Shown: one piece after another, positions 47,784 through 58,178 of the stretch
Layout: each line of letters starts with the position of its first letter
Numbering within the stretch: the stretch's first letter is position 1
Origin: a virus
Taxonomy: Duplodnaviria > Caudoviricetes
DNA length: 64,000 bases
Reading direction: 5' to 3' (one strand)
Virus record (IMG/VR): IMGVR_UViG_3300010160_000047
Location: 1,789-65,788 of that record
The notes under the pieces: generated by a model
The model's input: the letters and a program-made list of their open reading frames with translations, nothing else
Told to the model about the DNA's origin: nothing
Databases searched by the model: none
Position numbers and translations under genes: made by a program

Positions 47784-48302
47784 ATGCCTTACTCACAAAA
47801 TTTTACAGTAGCGCAAACGCCAATTAATCCTGCCTACATAATAGTTACAGATACTAGTACTGGATCTGATCCATTAATAATAGGTAGAACTATAACTATT
47901 AAAGATTCTTTTGGTAATTATTTAGTACCAGAAGGAATAACTACAAATTATATAGATTGGCCATTGGTAGATATTTCAATCTCATTAAATATTTTAACGC
48001 AAGATGTTGCAGCCAATGTATTAGTAGAATGGTTGTATGCTGGGCCTGTAATTCAATATTCACTTAATAGAAACTATTGTTTTTCTCAATACAATAAACA
48101 ATTCCTTTATTATTTAATTCAATTACAAGCACATAATTATGCTATAATTCAAGACAATAATTATTGGGGAAATGTAGGTATTTTTTGGACTAATATTACA
48201 GGCGCAATAAACGCAGTTGAAATAGGGGATGATATAGCAGCTTCACAAGCTTGTCTTTCAAGAGCAACATTTATGGCACAAAATCAATCAATTTATTTTT
48301 AA
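47784..48302 (+). CDS. putative tail-associated structural protein
   Basis: PKD/Ig-like N-terminus (IIVTDTSTGSD). First gene after a TATATTTG -7 box at 47760-47767. Confidence 0.6.
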   Translation: MPYSQNFTVAQTPINPAYIIVTDTSTGSDPLIIGRTITIKDSFGNYLVPEGITTNYIDWPLVDISISLNILTQDVAANVLVEWLYAGPVIQYSLNRNYCFSQYNKQFLYYLIQLQAHNYAIIQDNNYWGNVGIFWTNITGAINAVEIGDDIAASQACLSRATFMAQNQSIYF

Positions 48303-48303
48303 G

Positions 48304-48837
48304 ATGTCACAATTAACGATACCGGAAATAATTGAGTTAGGGGATATAAGTGTCCCCTTTTCTGCTAATTATCAAGCCAAGGGAAGTTTGTATGGGACTA
48401 GGTTAGCATTTTCTGCACCACAAACCATAGCGTTAGTTACCGATGCTTTAAGATGGCATTGGGATGATTTTCCCGGAGATAGTACGTTAAGAGGTGTAGC
48501 TAATTATTTATATTGGTTATGCGGTAAGTTTGCATTAGAAGGGCAATATGTTATTTCTGGCACAGGTGGCGGTACAGTTATACCAATTAATCCAATTGTA
48601 GCTCCTACCCCAATAGAGTTTGAAGTTACAGGATCTTCATTTATGATAAATGGTCAAAGTGTACAAGCGATACCATCTTTTGTTGGATACAATTTATTAT
48701 TTATTAGAAATAACATTCCTCAATCCATAGTTAATATGGGAGCATCTTATTTCTCATGGGATAAAAATACAGGAACATTTACTTGTTATCCAGCAGCAGT
48801 TTCGGGAGAGTTATTTCAATTATATCCATACATTTAA
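48304..48837 (+). CDS. putative tail-associated structural protein
   Basis: 177-aa ORF, helical N-terminus plus small beta C-domain, preceding the fibre gene. Confidence 0.6.
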   Translation: MSQLTIPEIIELGDISVPFSANYQAKGSLYGTRLAFSAPQTIALVTDALRWHWDDFPGDSTLRGVANYLYWLCGKFALEGQYVISGTGGGTVIPINPIVAPTPIEFEVTGSSFMINGQSVQAIPSFVGYNLLFIRNNIPQSIVNMGASYFSWDKNTGTFTCYPAAVSGELFQLYPYI

Positions 48838-48841
48838 AATT

Positions 48842-51800
48842 ATGAAAAAAATATTTTTACTACTATCTTTTTTTTTGATTTGTGCGATCTCGTATTCTCA
48901 GCAATACCCAGTCACGCAAAATTTAGGTGCGCCTAAAACATTAGTTGTAACCAAAGGCGGAATCCAAGTTGATAGTTCTCTTATACTTCCTCATTTTCCC
49001 GATACAGCATCTGCTAATATATCTACTTTTATAAAAAAATATCCAGGGACATTAATAAGAGTAGGGGATAGTCTTTATGTAAGAAGTGCAGATACTACTA
49101 CTTGGTTGCCATTGAATAGTGGAAATGTAAACATCATAAATAATTTCTTTACTTATAATACCCGATTGATTTCGGGAAGTGCTGTTTGGGATTCTTTATT
49201 AATATATAGTGTTACTAAGTGTATTTATTATATTAATGGCAATTTATACGGTTCGGCAGCTACCAATGTAACACTAGCAGCTGCTGATTCTTCCAATCCA
49301 AGGATAGATGTTATTTATTGCGATACTTCGGGAAATGTTGGGGTAATAACAGGTGTCTCCTCACCCGATCCTGTAAAGCCTGTAGTTAATCCTCTATCAC
49401 AAATAGAATTAACTCACATAGATGTAAATGCCCAAGCTACAACACCAGCAGGCATCAGTAAAAAGATAATCTACAATGAGAACACAGGGCTTCCAGGGGA
49501 GTGGACTACATCAAGTACAAGTGGTGCAATTACATTTAACTACGCAACCAATCCATATAAAGATTTAGTTTCTGCATTTTTTGATGGAGGAGCTGCACTT
49601 AATCAAAGTGCTATATTTACCAATAACGCAAATGTTAACGCAGACACCCTTAGTCTTTTGTCTATGTACTTGAGGTTAAATTCAGCTGTAGCGTCTATTT
49701 CTAAAACACTATTGGCTATACAGCTTTTTAAATCGGGAGTTTTGGTCTCAACTACAATTCAAGTGGAATCTGGTCGTTACGGATACAATGAAAATATTTT
49801 ATCTGCATATCAGCAGTTAGCAATACCCTTCTCCGACTTTACTTTTAGAAACCCCACGGACAAAACCTTTGACCAAATAAGAATAATTGCATACGATGTT
49901 GTTAAGTTGGGATTCCAAATAGACTACATAACAGCTCAAGTTGGAGGCAATCCTCCTCCTGTGACTAGCAACTATTGGTCTTTGTCTGGGAACGACATCT
50001 CGGCTTCCCCAACATCTGTATTAGGAACAACAAGTAAGAATCCTTTAAGTATAGTTACATTAGGGGTAGAGGCTATAAATATAGCCGAAGATGGAATAAT
50101 AAGACTACCTAGAATATTTAGCAATACAGACACTACAACTTACAAGCCATTGGCTATAAATACAAACGATGGGGAGCTAGTGCGTATGGACTCATGGATT
50201 GGAGGTGGAACAGGAAGCGTTACAGCAGTTACTGGGGTAGCTCCTGTGTTTTCAAGTGGGGGAACAACTCCCTCAATATCCATGTCTATAGCCTCAACTA
50301 GCACAAATGGTTACCTAACACAAGGCGACTGGAACATCTTTAACAACAAACTAAATCCTGCTGACACCATTTCCCTGTCAACCAGAGTAAATAATGCCTA
50401 CAATAGCGTAACCAGACTGTCAGATACAAGTTTCTATTTAAAGAAACCTAATGATGTTAAGGATACAATTTTGTTGGGGAACTCAATAGTTTACGCAGAG
50501 AATCCAATAATGGCAAGGGTGTCTAATGACTCTAACATTATCTACTTTAACCCAGATACTGCTAATGTATGGAGAGGTGGAAGTGGAACTATACCAACAT
50601 TACAACAAGTATTAGATAATAATCATAATTTAGTTAATAACAATAATTTTCAAGGAACACTTGCTGGTACTGCCCAAACAGGAAATAATGTAAATGCTTT
50701 TGGTAATAGCGCAGGTGAGTTTAATACAGGTATTTGGGTAAATGCTTTTGGTAATGCTGCGGCTGAAACAAATGTTGGTAATCAAGTTAATGCCTTTGGA
50801 ATTGCAGCAGGACAAGACAACTCAGGTTCAGATGTAAATTTTCTAGGAAACTTAGCAGGAAATGCTAATTCTGGAGGGTCTGTAAATGGATTAGGATTAT
50901 ATGCAGCAAAAGATAATACAGGAAATAATGTAAATGCTTTTGGATATAATACTGGAGTTGGAAATACTGCAAATGATATAAATCTTTTCGGTAAAAACGC
51001 ATCAGCTACAGCTAACAATCAAATAGTATATACAACAGATGATGGTACATATCAAACTAGATTACAACAAAATAATACACAAGATAATTTAATAAACATT
51101 CCTAACGAAAGTGGAACATTATTATTAGATGCTCCTGCTGATGGTAATTTATATGGAAGACAAAATAATGCTTGGGCAATAGTAAGTGGCGGTAGCGGAA
51201 CGGTAACAAGCATATCTCAAGGATATGGCATCACTAATTCCCCCAACCCAATAATAGCAACAGGAACTATAACAGTAGATACAGCAACATTGTCTGGTAA
51301 GTATGTTAGAATAACAGATACAGCCAATATGCTTAGTCCATACCCAATAGGAAGTGGTGCTGCTACTACAGTTGCTTTTTGGGATGGCACACGTTCGTTA
51401 ACAAACAACTCACAAATAGCTATTGATAATTCTTCACCAACAAGTCCATCTTTACAAATTAGAGCAAGTACGGTAACTACAAGGTCATTTATGAATCCAA
51501 CTTATAGTGGTGTACAATACAATGCTACTAATTATGCAATAAATAATATCTCCACAACTACACCTTTATTTATAAATCACGAAGAAATAATCAATAGAGA
51601 AAGTAGATTGTACTCTAATTCCTTGCAATTTTCTAATTTATCCACAAGTGGTTATGTTACATTGAGTCCCCCAACATCATTTAATAACCGAAACTACACC
51701 CTGCCAGATAGCAGCGGAACTATAGCCTTAAATGAATATACAGTTAACAGCATTTCCCGAACACCAGGAAAAGATTCTATTATATTTTATGTAGGCTCTA

Positions 51801-52627
51801 CAAGATATGCTATCAAAGATAGTGTGGGAACTGCAACAGGATTTGTTCCATATACAGGAGCAACTACAGATGTTGATTTAGGAACTCATATATTGTCTGC
51901 ACAAGGATTAAGAGTTACTGGTACAAATGGAGCTGGAGATTTACATTTAAGACACCAAGCAACTGATGCAACTGCTACAGGTCAGTCTACTGCATTGTTC
52001 GCTGATGCTAATGGAGATTTGAAGTACAAAAATGCAGGTAATTTTTACACAACTTTAAAAACTTCGGGCAATGCAGCCGACGCTATTTATACTTATCCAT
52101 CAGCAACAACAACATTGATAGGCGCAGCAGATACATCTGTATTGCAAAGAAAGAACATTGCTGCTTATTCATTACAGGCTAACAATACGGCATCAGCAGC
52201 AAATGTAACTACACAAACATACAGAGATGTTGCAGAGGCAGCTATTTCTGGAACAATTACATGGACAAGTGGAACTGCTCCAACAACATTAATATCGGCA
52301 AACTATCAATGGCAACAAATAGGTAAGGTCGTAACTGTGCAAGTGAGTTTATTATATACGAATCCGAGTACTCTTATTTCTGCATTTACATTTCCTTTGC
52401 CTTCAGATATGCCATTGCCAGTAACACCTACAGGGTGGAGTGCCGCAAGTAGTTATTTATTTACGGGTTCAGCAAGTAGTCATGCTACAACATCATCATT
52501 ATCTACGAGTGCTTTAGCAAGTTTTATACGAAGAGATGCGGCAAATACGGGATACGAAATAGGTGGAGGAGGGGCATTATCTTCAGCAAGAGGGTGGAAA
52601 ATTAATTTAACATATAAAGCGCAATAA
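48842..52627 (+). CDS. tail-fibre-like protein with N-terminal signal peptide
   Basis: MKKIFLLLSFFLICAISYS/QQ. Fibre motifs PTLQQVLD, APADGNLYGRQNNAW, GTVTSI, FVPYTGATTDVDLG, and about seven 15-aa VNAFG repeats. Confidence 0.8.
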   Translation: MKKIFLLLSFFLICAISYSQQYPVTQNLGAPKTLVVTKGGIQVDSSLILPHFPDTASANISTFIKKYPGTLIRVGDSLYVRSADTTTWLPLNSGNVNIINNFFTYNTRLISGSAVWDSLLIYSVTKCIYYINGNLYGSAATNVTLAAADSSNPRIDVIYCDTSGNVGVITGVSSPDPVKPVVNPLSQIELTHIDVNAQATTPAGISKKIIYNENTGLPGEWTTSSTSGAITFNYATNPYKDLVSAFFDGGAALNQSAIFTNNANVNADTLSLLSMYLRLNSAVASISKTLLAIQLFKSGVLVSTTIQVESGRYGYNENILSAYQQLAIPFSDFTFRNPTDKTFDQIRIIAYDVVKLGFQIDYITAQVGGNPPPVTSNYWSLSGNDISASPTSVLGTTSKNPLSIVTLGVEAINIAEDGIIRLPRIFSNTDTTTYKPLAINTNDGELVRMDSWIGGGTGSVTAVTGVAPVFSSGGTTPSISMSIASTSTNGYLTQGDWNIFNNKLNPADTISLSTRVNNAYNSVTRLSDTSFYLKKPNDVKDTILLGNSIVYAENPIMARVSNDSNIIYFNPDTANVWRGGSGTIPTLQQVLDNNHNLVNNNNFQGTLAGTAQTGNNVNAFGNSAGEFNTGIWVNAFGNAAAETNVGNQVNAFGIAAGQDNSGSDVNFLGNLAGNANSGGSVNGLGLYAAKDNTGNNVNAFGYNTGVGNTANDINLFGKNASATANNQIVYTTDDGTYQTRLQQNNTQDNLINIPNESGTLLLDAPADGNLYGRQNNAWAIVSGGSGTVTSISQGYGITNSPNPIIATGTITVDTATLSGKYVRITDTANMLSPYPIGSGAATTVAFWDGTRSLTNNSQIAIDNSSPTSPSLQIRASTVTTRSFMNPTYSGVQYNATNYAINNISTTTPLFINHEEIINRESRLYSNSLQFSNLSTSGYVTLSPPTSFNNRNYTLPDSSGTIALNEYTVNSISRTPGKDSIIFYVGSTRYAIKDSVGTATGFVPYTGATTDVDLGTHILSAQGLRVTGTNGAGDLHLRHQATDATATGQSTALFADANGDLKYKNAGNFYTTLKTSGNAADAIYTYPSATTTLIGAADTSVLQRKNIAAYSLQANNTASAANVTTQTYRDVAEAAISGTITWTSGTAPTTLISANYQWQQIGKVVTVQVSLLYTNPSTLISAFTFPLPSDMPLPVTPTGWSAASSYLFTGSASSHATTSSLSTSALASFIRRDAANTGYEIGGGGALSSARGWKINLTYKAQ

Positions 52628-52803
52628 TGAAGCACATCAGACAAATTAATAGTGTTGGAACTAATACTTATACAGTAGTAGTTACTGAAGGATGGATGTT
52701 GCCATTAGAGGATTTTCCTGCTGTAGTAGAGCATCCCGAATCATTTGAAATATCAGAGGAAGAAATTCCCGAACAACATCAATACCTTATTTACCAATCA
52801 TGA
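52627..52803 (+). CDS. 58-aa acidic protein (possible fibre assembly chaperone)
   Basis: Not in track. MKHIRQINSVGTNTY...EHPESFEISEEEIPE; TAATG and ATGA coupling on both sides. Confidence 0.75.
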   Translation: MKHIRQINSVGTNTYTVVVTEGWMLPLEDFPAVVEHPESFEISEEEIPEQHQYLIYQS

Positions 52804-55800
52804 GGAAACTTTTATTAATTATTCTTTTTCTTCCTTTGTTTGCTTCTGCAAGAAAGTTTTATGTTTCTTCAAGTACGGGAAATGATAGTTATACATTTCT
52901 ACAGGCGCAAAATCCAGCTACACCTTGGAAATCACTAAAGACTATTACCGCCTTTGGTTCATCACTTAATAATGGATTTCAGCAATTTACAACATATCCA
53001 AACAAGGCTGCTGCTGGAGATACATTTGTATTTAAAAGAGGAGATTTATTTGATAACGGAGAAACTTATTATTCATCATTTTTTTGGATAAACTATATTC
53101 CAGATGGATATTCGTGTCCAAGTGGAACTGCATTAAATCCTATTGTATTCACTAATTATGGTGACCCTAATCTTGCATTACCTAATTTCTTATATCCAAC
53201 TGCATCAATTGCTACTAATGAAAATAGAAATGTATTTGAATTAGGCGGTGTCACAAATATAATTATAGATGGATTACAATTCAATGATAACAGAGGCTCA
53301 TTTAGTATCCAAGATAAAGTTAACCCTGCACCAACAAGAAGTGGGATATGGTTGGGAACAAATACCTTCGGAACTTGGATTGATACAACAATAATAGAAC
53401 GAAAAGTAAAAGATTGTATAGTAAGAAATTGTGTATTTAATAATATATCTTTTGCTATTGGCTCTTTAGCTGGCATTAGGTGCGAAATTTATAATAATAC
53501 AATAACTAACTTAAAAGCCTGTGTTGATACTATTGGTGTAAATGATGTTGGAGCTGGTGCTTTTGAAGGACTTAATGGATATTTTAATAAGATACATCAT
53601 AACTATGTAAGAGGTGCTTGGGCTAAGTCTGGGAGAATATCTTCATCTAATGGATTACTAGGTGTTGGTTGTGATATATTCAATCTTAAATATTCATCAA
53701 TAAGCTATAATACCTTTGTTGATTGTTCGGGAGCTTATGAGATTGGGAACATTGATTTTGCAGATGCTAATGCTGGTGCGCAGTATGATACATTCGCATA
53801 TAATAAAGTAATTAATTGTGGGCAGTTAGGCTATATACATGGAGAATCTAATGACCCATTTGGCGGCAAGGTAAGAAATATATTTAATTGGAATAATGTT
53901 ATTATCAATAATAATACATCACGAATAAATGGTCCTAATTTTGGGTATGACTTATATAATGATGGACAGTCATTTAGAGGGAATTCATTGGGACAATATG
54001 CGTGGTGGTTTTTCAGAAGTCCAATTAAATGTCCAGATAATGCATTACCTGAATCAAATCAAACATGGAGTAATCCAATTAATCCATCTTGGTGCAATTG
54101 GAATAGTCATAAATTTAATATACAATACTCATCAGATAATTTTGTTGGAAATCCAGATACAATAGTAGATATAAGAAATAATATTTTTTATTGTACTACT
54201 GGAGACCAAATAATATATGATGCATCCAGAACTAAACAAAAGCATAGCAATAATATTTATTATATTAAGGGTGGGTTTTTATTTCCGACATCGCTGGGTG
54301 GAACTTTAGGCACTAACGAAAGAATATTTACAACAAAGTTTTTTAAAGACACATCAGCAGCGCTACCAGAGAATTGGGATTTAAGAATAGATTCAGCTAC
54401 AAGTCTTGCAGTTACTGGGGGCGCATCAATTCCAGGATTTTCTACAGATTTTGCAGGTAACCCAATAATAGGCATTCGTACTATGGGTATCTATCAATTT
54501 GCATCTGGCGCAATTACTCCATCAGTAACCACACTTGCAACCACATCCATATCATATACAACTGCTCTTATTGGGGGCAATATAACTTCTGATGGTGGCG
54601 CACCAATATTAAGGAGTGGATTAATGTACAGCACTATACCGTTAGGCACAGATACTCTTTCGGGGGTTAAGGTTATTAATCCTGTCTTGGGAACTGGCGT
54701 GTATACATCACCGATAACAGGGCTTACTTCTTCAACAACTTATTATGTAAGAGCGTTTGCAGTTAACAACATAGGAATAACATGGGGCGCTAATGTTTCG
54801 TTCATTACACTAACGCCTCCAACATTAGCAACAGTTATCACTTCCCCAGCAACATCAATAACTATATCTGCTGCTACACTTGGGGGTAATGTTACCTTAG
54901 ATGGTGGTGCTTCAGTTACAAGAAGAGGAGTAGTCTACAGCACATCAGTTATATCTGACACTAATAGTATTACAGGAGGGGGGAGATTGGCTAGTGGCAC
55001 AGGCACAGGATTATATACCATCCCAGTAACAGGGTTAGCAATTAATACGCTATATCACGTTAGGGCATTTGTAGTTAATTCCGTAGGCGTTTACCTAGCA
55101 CCAGAGGTTACGTTTACAACACTAAATATCCCCACACTTACAACACTAGCAGCAACATCTATTACATCTAGTACGGCATCTAGTGGCGGCAACATTAGTT
55201 CTAATGGAGGCTCTCCTGTAATAAGAAGAGGATTGGTATATAATACTATACCAATATCAGATACAGGAATCAATCCAAAAGTAATAGATTTGAGTGGGGG
55301 AACAGGCAGTTACACATCATTGTTGTCTTCCCTAACACCCAATACAACTTATTATATATTAGCCTTTGCTGTAAATGCTAATGGTGTTGCCTATGGGAAT
55401 GTTCTAACATTTAACACGATAATTGCTTCCATACCTACGGTAACATGGGCAGGCGTTAATCTTGGTGTTGTAACCTCGGTAGTTAATGGGAATGTAGCAT
55501 CAGAAGGCAGCGCACCAGTTACAAGAAGAGGATTTATTTATAGTCTAACTACTCCATTGCCAGCAGATACAAATAGTGGAATTAAGGTCATAGCGACAGG
55601 AGGAGGATTGGGTGCTTTTCAAGCTACATTAACAGGGCTAACGGCTCTTACAACTTACTATATAAGACCATTTGCGGTAAATTCGGTAGGGGTTAGTTTT
55701 GGTGCGGAAACATCATTTAGAACGCAAGGAGCTTCATCAGTTACTACCACTCCCCCAACAGCCATAACAGCAACATCTGCAACCACAGGAGGAGTTATAA

Positions 55801-57029
55801 CTGACTATGGTAGTACTTTTGTAGTTAAAAGACAATTAATATACAGCACATCGCCTATTGTAGACACTAATAGTACGGTTGGCGGTGGTACATTAAGCTA
55901 TACTCCCAATATAACAGCATATCCTATTCTATTAACTTCACTACTTCCCAACACCACTTATTATATAGCAGCGTTTGTAGTTAACGCCCTTAATTTTTTA
56001 ACAATTGGGAATCGCCTAAGTTTTACTACACTACAGTTATTATCCATACCAACGGTAACAACCAACGCAGTTACATCCATTACTTTAACATCAGCAAATG
56101 CTGGAGGCAATGTTACATTTGACGGCAATAGTGCAGTAACAAGAAGAGGTATATTGTACAGTACATCGCCACTTGGGGATACAACTACAGGCACTAAGAT
56201 TATTAGTGGAACTGCTGGAACTGGTAGTTATACTATTCCCTTGAGTTCCCTAACATCTAATACAATATATTACACTAGGGCATTTGCAGTTAATTCTATA
56301 GGAGTTGCTTATGGGGATAATGTTGCCTTTGTTACACCATTACCATTATCTACACCTTCAATAGTAACGATTCCTCCATCATCAATAGGGATAACAACTG
56401 CATTAAGTGGGGGCAACATTACATTTGATGGCAACAGCGCAGTTACACGAAGAGGACTAATCTACAGCACATCCGCAATAACCGACACAAATAGCGTTAC
56501 TGGAGGTGGTAGAATAATCAGCGGCACTATAGGTATAGGCACTTATACTTCTTCCCTAACAGGACTAACAGGCAATACTCTATATTACATAGCTGCATTT
56601 GCTGTTAATTCCATAGGGGTAACAATAGCCAACCAAATAACATTTACAACTCTGCCAGCTCCCACAGCACCCTTAGTAACAACCCTACCTGCTACCTTTA
56701 TAACTATTAGCACAGCAGTAATAGGGGGCAACGTAACATCTGATGGTAATTCTACAGTAACACGCAGGGGTCTAGTATACAGCACAGTTTCTCCAATAAG
56801 CGACACGAACAGCATAGTAGGGGGCAATCTAATTATATCGGGTAGTGGCTTGGGGACATTTAACGCATCCTTGTCTTCCCTAACATCTAGCACAACTTAC
56901 TATGTAAAGGCATTTGCTCTTAACTCAGTAGGAATTACTTATGGCAATGAAGTTAACTTTGCAACACCAGTTTTTACACCAAGGTTTAGTTTTTTAAGGA
57001 TCAAGCGCCGGTATGTCCAAAAGCCTTAG
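52800..57029 (+). CDS. secreted-type beta-helix protein with eight FN3-like repeats
   Basis: MRKLLLIILFLPLFASA/RKFYVSSSTGND, PWKSL, GDTFVFKRG (pectin-lyase-like beta-helix), then 8 repeats of GGNxTxDG..RRG..YYxRAFAVNxxG (~54515-56966). Confidence 0.85.
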   Translation: MRKLLLIILFLPLFASARKFYVSSSTGNDSYTFLQAQNPATPWKSLKTITAFGSSLNNGFQQFTTYPNKAAAGDTFVFKRGDLFDNGETYYSSFFWINYIPDGYSCPSGTALNPIVFTNYGDPNLALPNFLYPTASIATNENRNVFELGGVTNIIIDGLQFNDNRGSFSIQDKVNPAPTRSGIWLGTNTFGTWIDTTIIERKVKDCIVRNCVFNNISFAIGSLAGIRCEIYNNTITNLKACVDTIGVNDVGAGAFEGLNGYFNKIHHNYVRGAWAKSGRISSSNGLLGVGCDIFNLKYSSISYNTFVDCSGAYEIGNIDFADANAGAQYDTFAYNKVINCGQLGYIHGESNDPFGGKVRNIFNWNNVIINNNTSRINGPNFGYDLYNDGQSFRGNSLGQYAWWFFRSPIKCPDNALPESNQTWSNPINPSWCNWNSHKFNIQYSSDNFVGNPDTIVDIRNNIFYCTTGDQIIYDASRTKQKHSNNIYYIKGGFLFPTSLGGTLGTNERIFTTKFFKDTSAALPENWDLRIDSATSLAVTGGASIPGFSTDFAGNPIIGIRTMGIYQFASGAITPSVTTLATTSISYTTALIGGNITSDGGAPILRSGLMYSTIPLGTDTLSGVKVINPVLGTGVYTSPITGLTSSTTYYVRAFAVNNIGITWGANVSFITLTPPTLATVITSPATSITISAATLGGNVTLDGGASVTRRGVVYSTSVISDTNSITGGGRLASGTGTGLYTIPVTGLAINTLYHVRAFVVNSVGVYLAPEVTFTTLNIPTLTTLAATSITSSTASSGGNISSNGGSPVIRRGLVYNTIPISDTGINPKVIDLSGGTGSYTSLLSSLTPNTTYYILAFAVNANGVAYGNVLTFNTIIASIPTVTWAGVNLGVVTSVVNGNVASEGSAPVTRRGFIYSLTTPLPADTNSGIKVIATGGGLGAFQATLTGLTALTTYYIRPFAVNSVGVSFGAETSFRTQGASSVTTTPPTAITATSATTGGVITDYGSTFVVKRQLIYSTSPIVDTNSTVGGGTLSYTPNITAYPILLTSLLPNTTYYIAAFVVNALNFLTIGNRLSFTTLQLLSIPTVTTNAVTSITLTSANAGGNVTFDGNSAVTRRGILYSTSPLGDTTTGTKIISGTAGTGSYTIPLSSLTSNTIYYTRAFAVNSIGVAYGDNVAFVTPLPLSTPSIVTIPPSSIGITTALSGGNITFDGNSAVTRRGLIYSTSAITDTNSVTGGGRIISGTIGIGTYTSSLTGLTGNTLYYIAAFAVNSIGVTIANQITFTTLPAPTAPLVTTLPATFITISTAVIGGNVTSDGNSTVTRRGLVYSTVSPISDTNSIVGGNLIISGSGLGTFNASLSSLTSSTTYYVKAFALNSVGITYGNEVNFATPVFTPRFSFLRIKRRYVQKP

Positions 57030-57156
57030 TAATATTATTACGATAAAATATTTTATTTAATGTGTTGATTTTATAGTTAATTTTGAAGAATGAAATTAAT
57101 AAGGCATAATATTTGCATTATTATTTGTGTACCACCATTTATCCTACTTTAAAACT

Positions 57157-57345
57157 ATGACTATGAAAACCATTCTTAATAATTCAGTTGATTGGGTAAG
57201 CATTAAACTTAATGCAATTTGCCTTATTGGATTGATTGCCACTTCTAATTTACTTAGTATATTTACATTAATTGCAACAGTTACAACTATCTTGTACAAT
57301 GCTATTCGTATTTACAAAGAAATAAAAGAAAATAAATCTAAATAA
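57157..57345 (+). CDS. small membrane protein (holin/antiholin-like)
   Basis: Hydrophobic core with basic C-terminus. Start trimmed to ATG 57157. Confidence 0.6.
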   Translation: MTMKTILNNSVDWVSIKLNAICLIGLIATSNLLSIFTLIATVTTILYNAIRIYKEIKENKSK

Positions 57346-57346
57346 T

Positions 57347-57595
57347 ATGAAATCACCTTTTTTAACTTTAAATTCAAGGGACTTTATAAAAGGTCTATTT
57401 GTAGCAGTACTTACTGCGATAGTTACATTTATGTACACTTCATTACAAAATGGATCATTAACTTTTGATTGGAAAGCTATTGGGATGGCGGCCTTGTCTT
57501 CGGCATTGGCTTACATTATGAAAAATCTGTTAACCAATTCTAGCGATCAGCTATTGGCAACAGAAAAAAAAATGTCAAGCGATGAAAGCATATAA
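57347..57595 (+). CDS. holin
   Basis: Two TM helices (FIKGLFVAVLTAIV; WKAIGMAALSSALAYIMKNL) in the lysis cassette. Confidence 0.75.
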   Translation: MKSPFLTLNSRDFIKGLFVAVLTAIVTFMYTSLQNGSLTFDWKAIGMAALSSALAYIMKNLLTNSSDQLLATEKKMSSDESI

Positions 57596-58178
57596 CCTGC
57601 TAGGTGTTTTTTTGTTAAGTATTTTATTCATATCCAACTCTTGCAATATAGAGAAAAGAGTAGAAAAACAACAAGAGGCATTTGATAACATTGGTAAAAA
57701 ATGGTTGGGGCTTCATCCATGTGCCAATGATAGCAGTTATATATATCTACCGGGCAAGAGGGATTCCATCCCATTTTTAATTCCTGTATTAGTAAAGGAT
57801 ACGATGGAAATTAAAAAGCAGATAGACAGTCTTAATATTTATTTGGATAGAAAATATAATGACCAAAAAATAGATTGCAAAAATCAAGTTCGTGAATCAT
57901 ATAATGCTGGATACCAAAAAGCCGAATTAGTTTGGAAAGATAAATTATCTAAAATAAAAATCCCACTTCCAGTAATAGATACCCTAAAAATAACCTTAAA
58001 AGACAAGCAAGCCATTAAATTACTTGTTAGTGATTTAACTGATACCCAAAAAAAACTAACTGATACTCAAATAAATTTAGAAAAATTTAAAGGCAAAAAA
58101 GATAAATGGTTTTTATTGTTTATCCTAGCTTGTGCTTTATTGCTTACTAGCATTTTTTTTAATATCAAAAAGCTATGA
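57582..58178 (+). CDS. putative unimolecular spanin
   Basis: N-terminal lipoprotein signal (LFISNSC) plus C-terminal TM helix (WFLLFILACALLLTSIFF), located between holin and endolysin. Confidence 0.7.
   Translation: MKAYNLLGVFLLSILFISNSCNIEKRVEKQQEAFDNIGKKWLGLHPCANDSSYIYLPGKRDSIPFLIPVLVKDTMEIKKQIDSLNIYLDRKYNDQKIDCKNQVRESYNAGYQKAELVWKDKLSKIKIPLPVIDTLKITLKDKQAIKLLVSDLTDTQKKLTDTQINLEKFKGKKDKWFLLFILACALLLTSIFFNIKKL

Noticed and set aside
54515-56966. FN3 repeats as DGR variable/template repeats or a shufflon
   Set aside because: The repeats are diverged at all bases, in frame, with no RT or invertase nearby.
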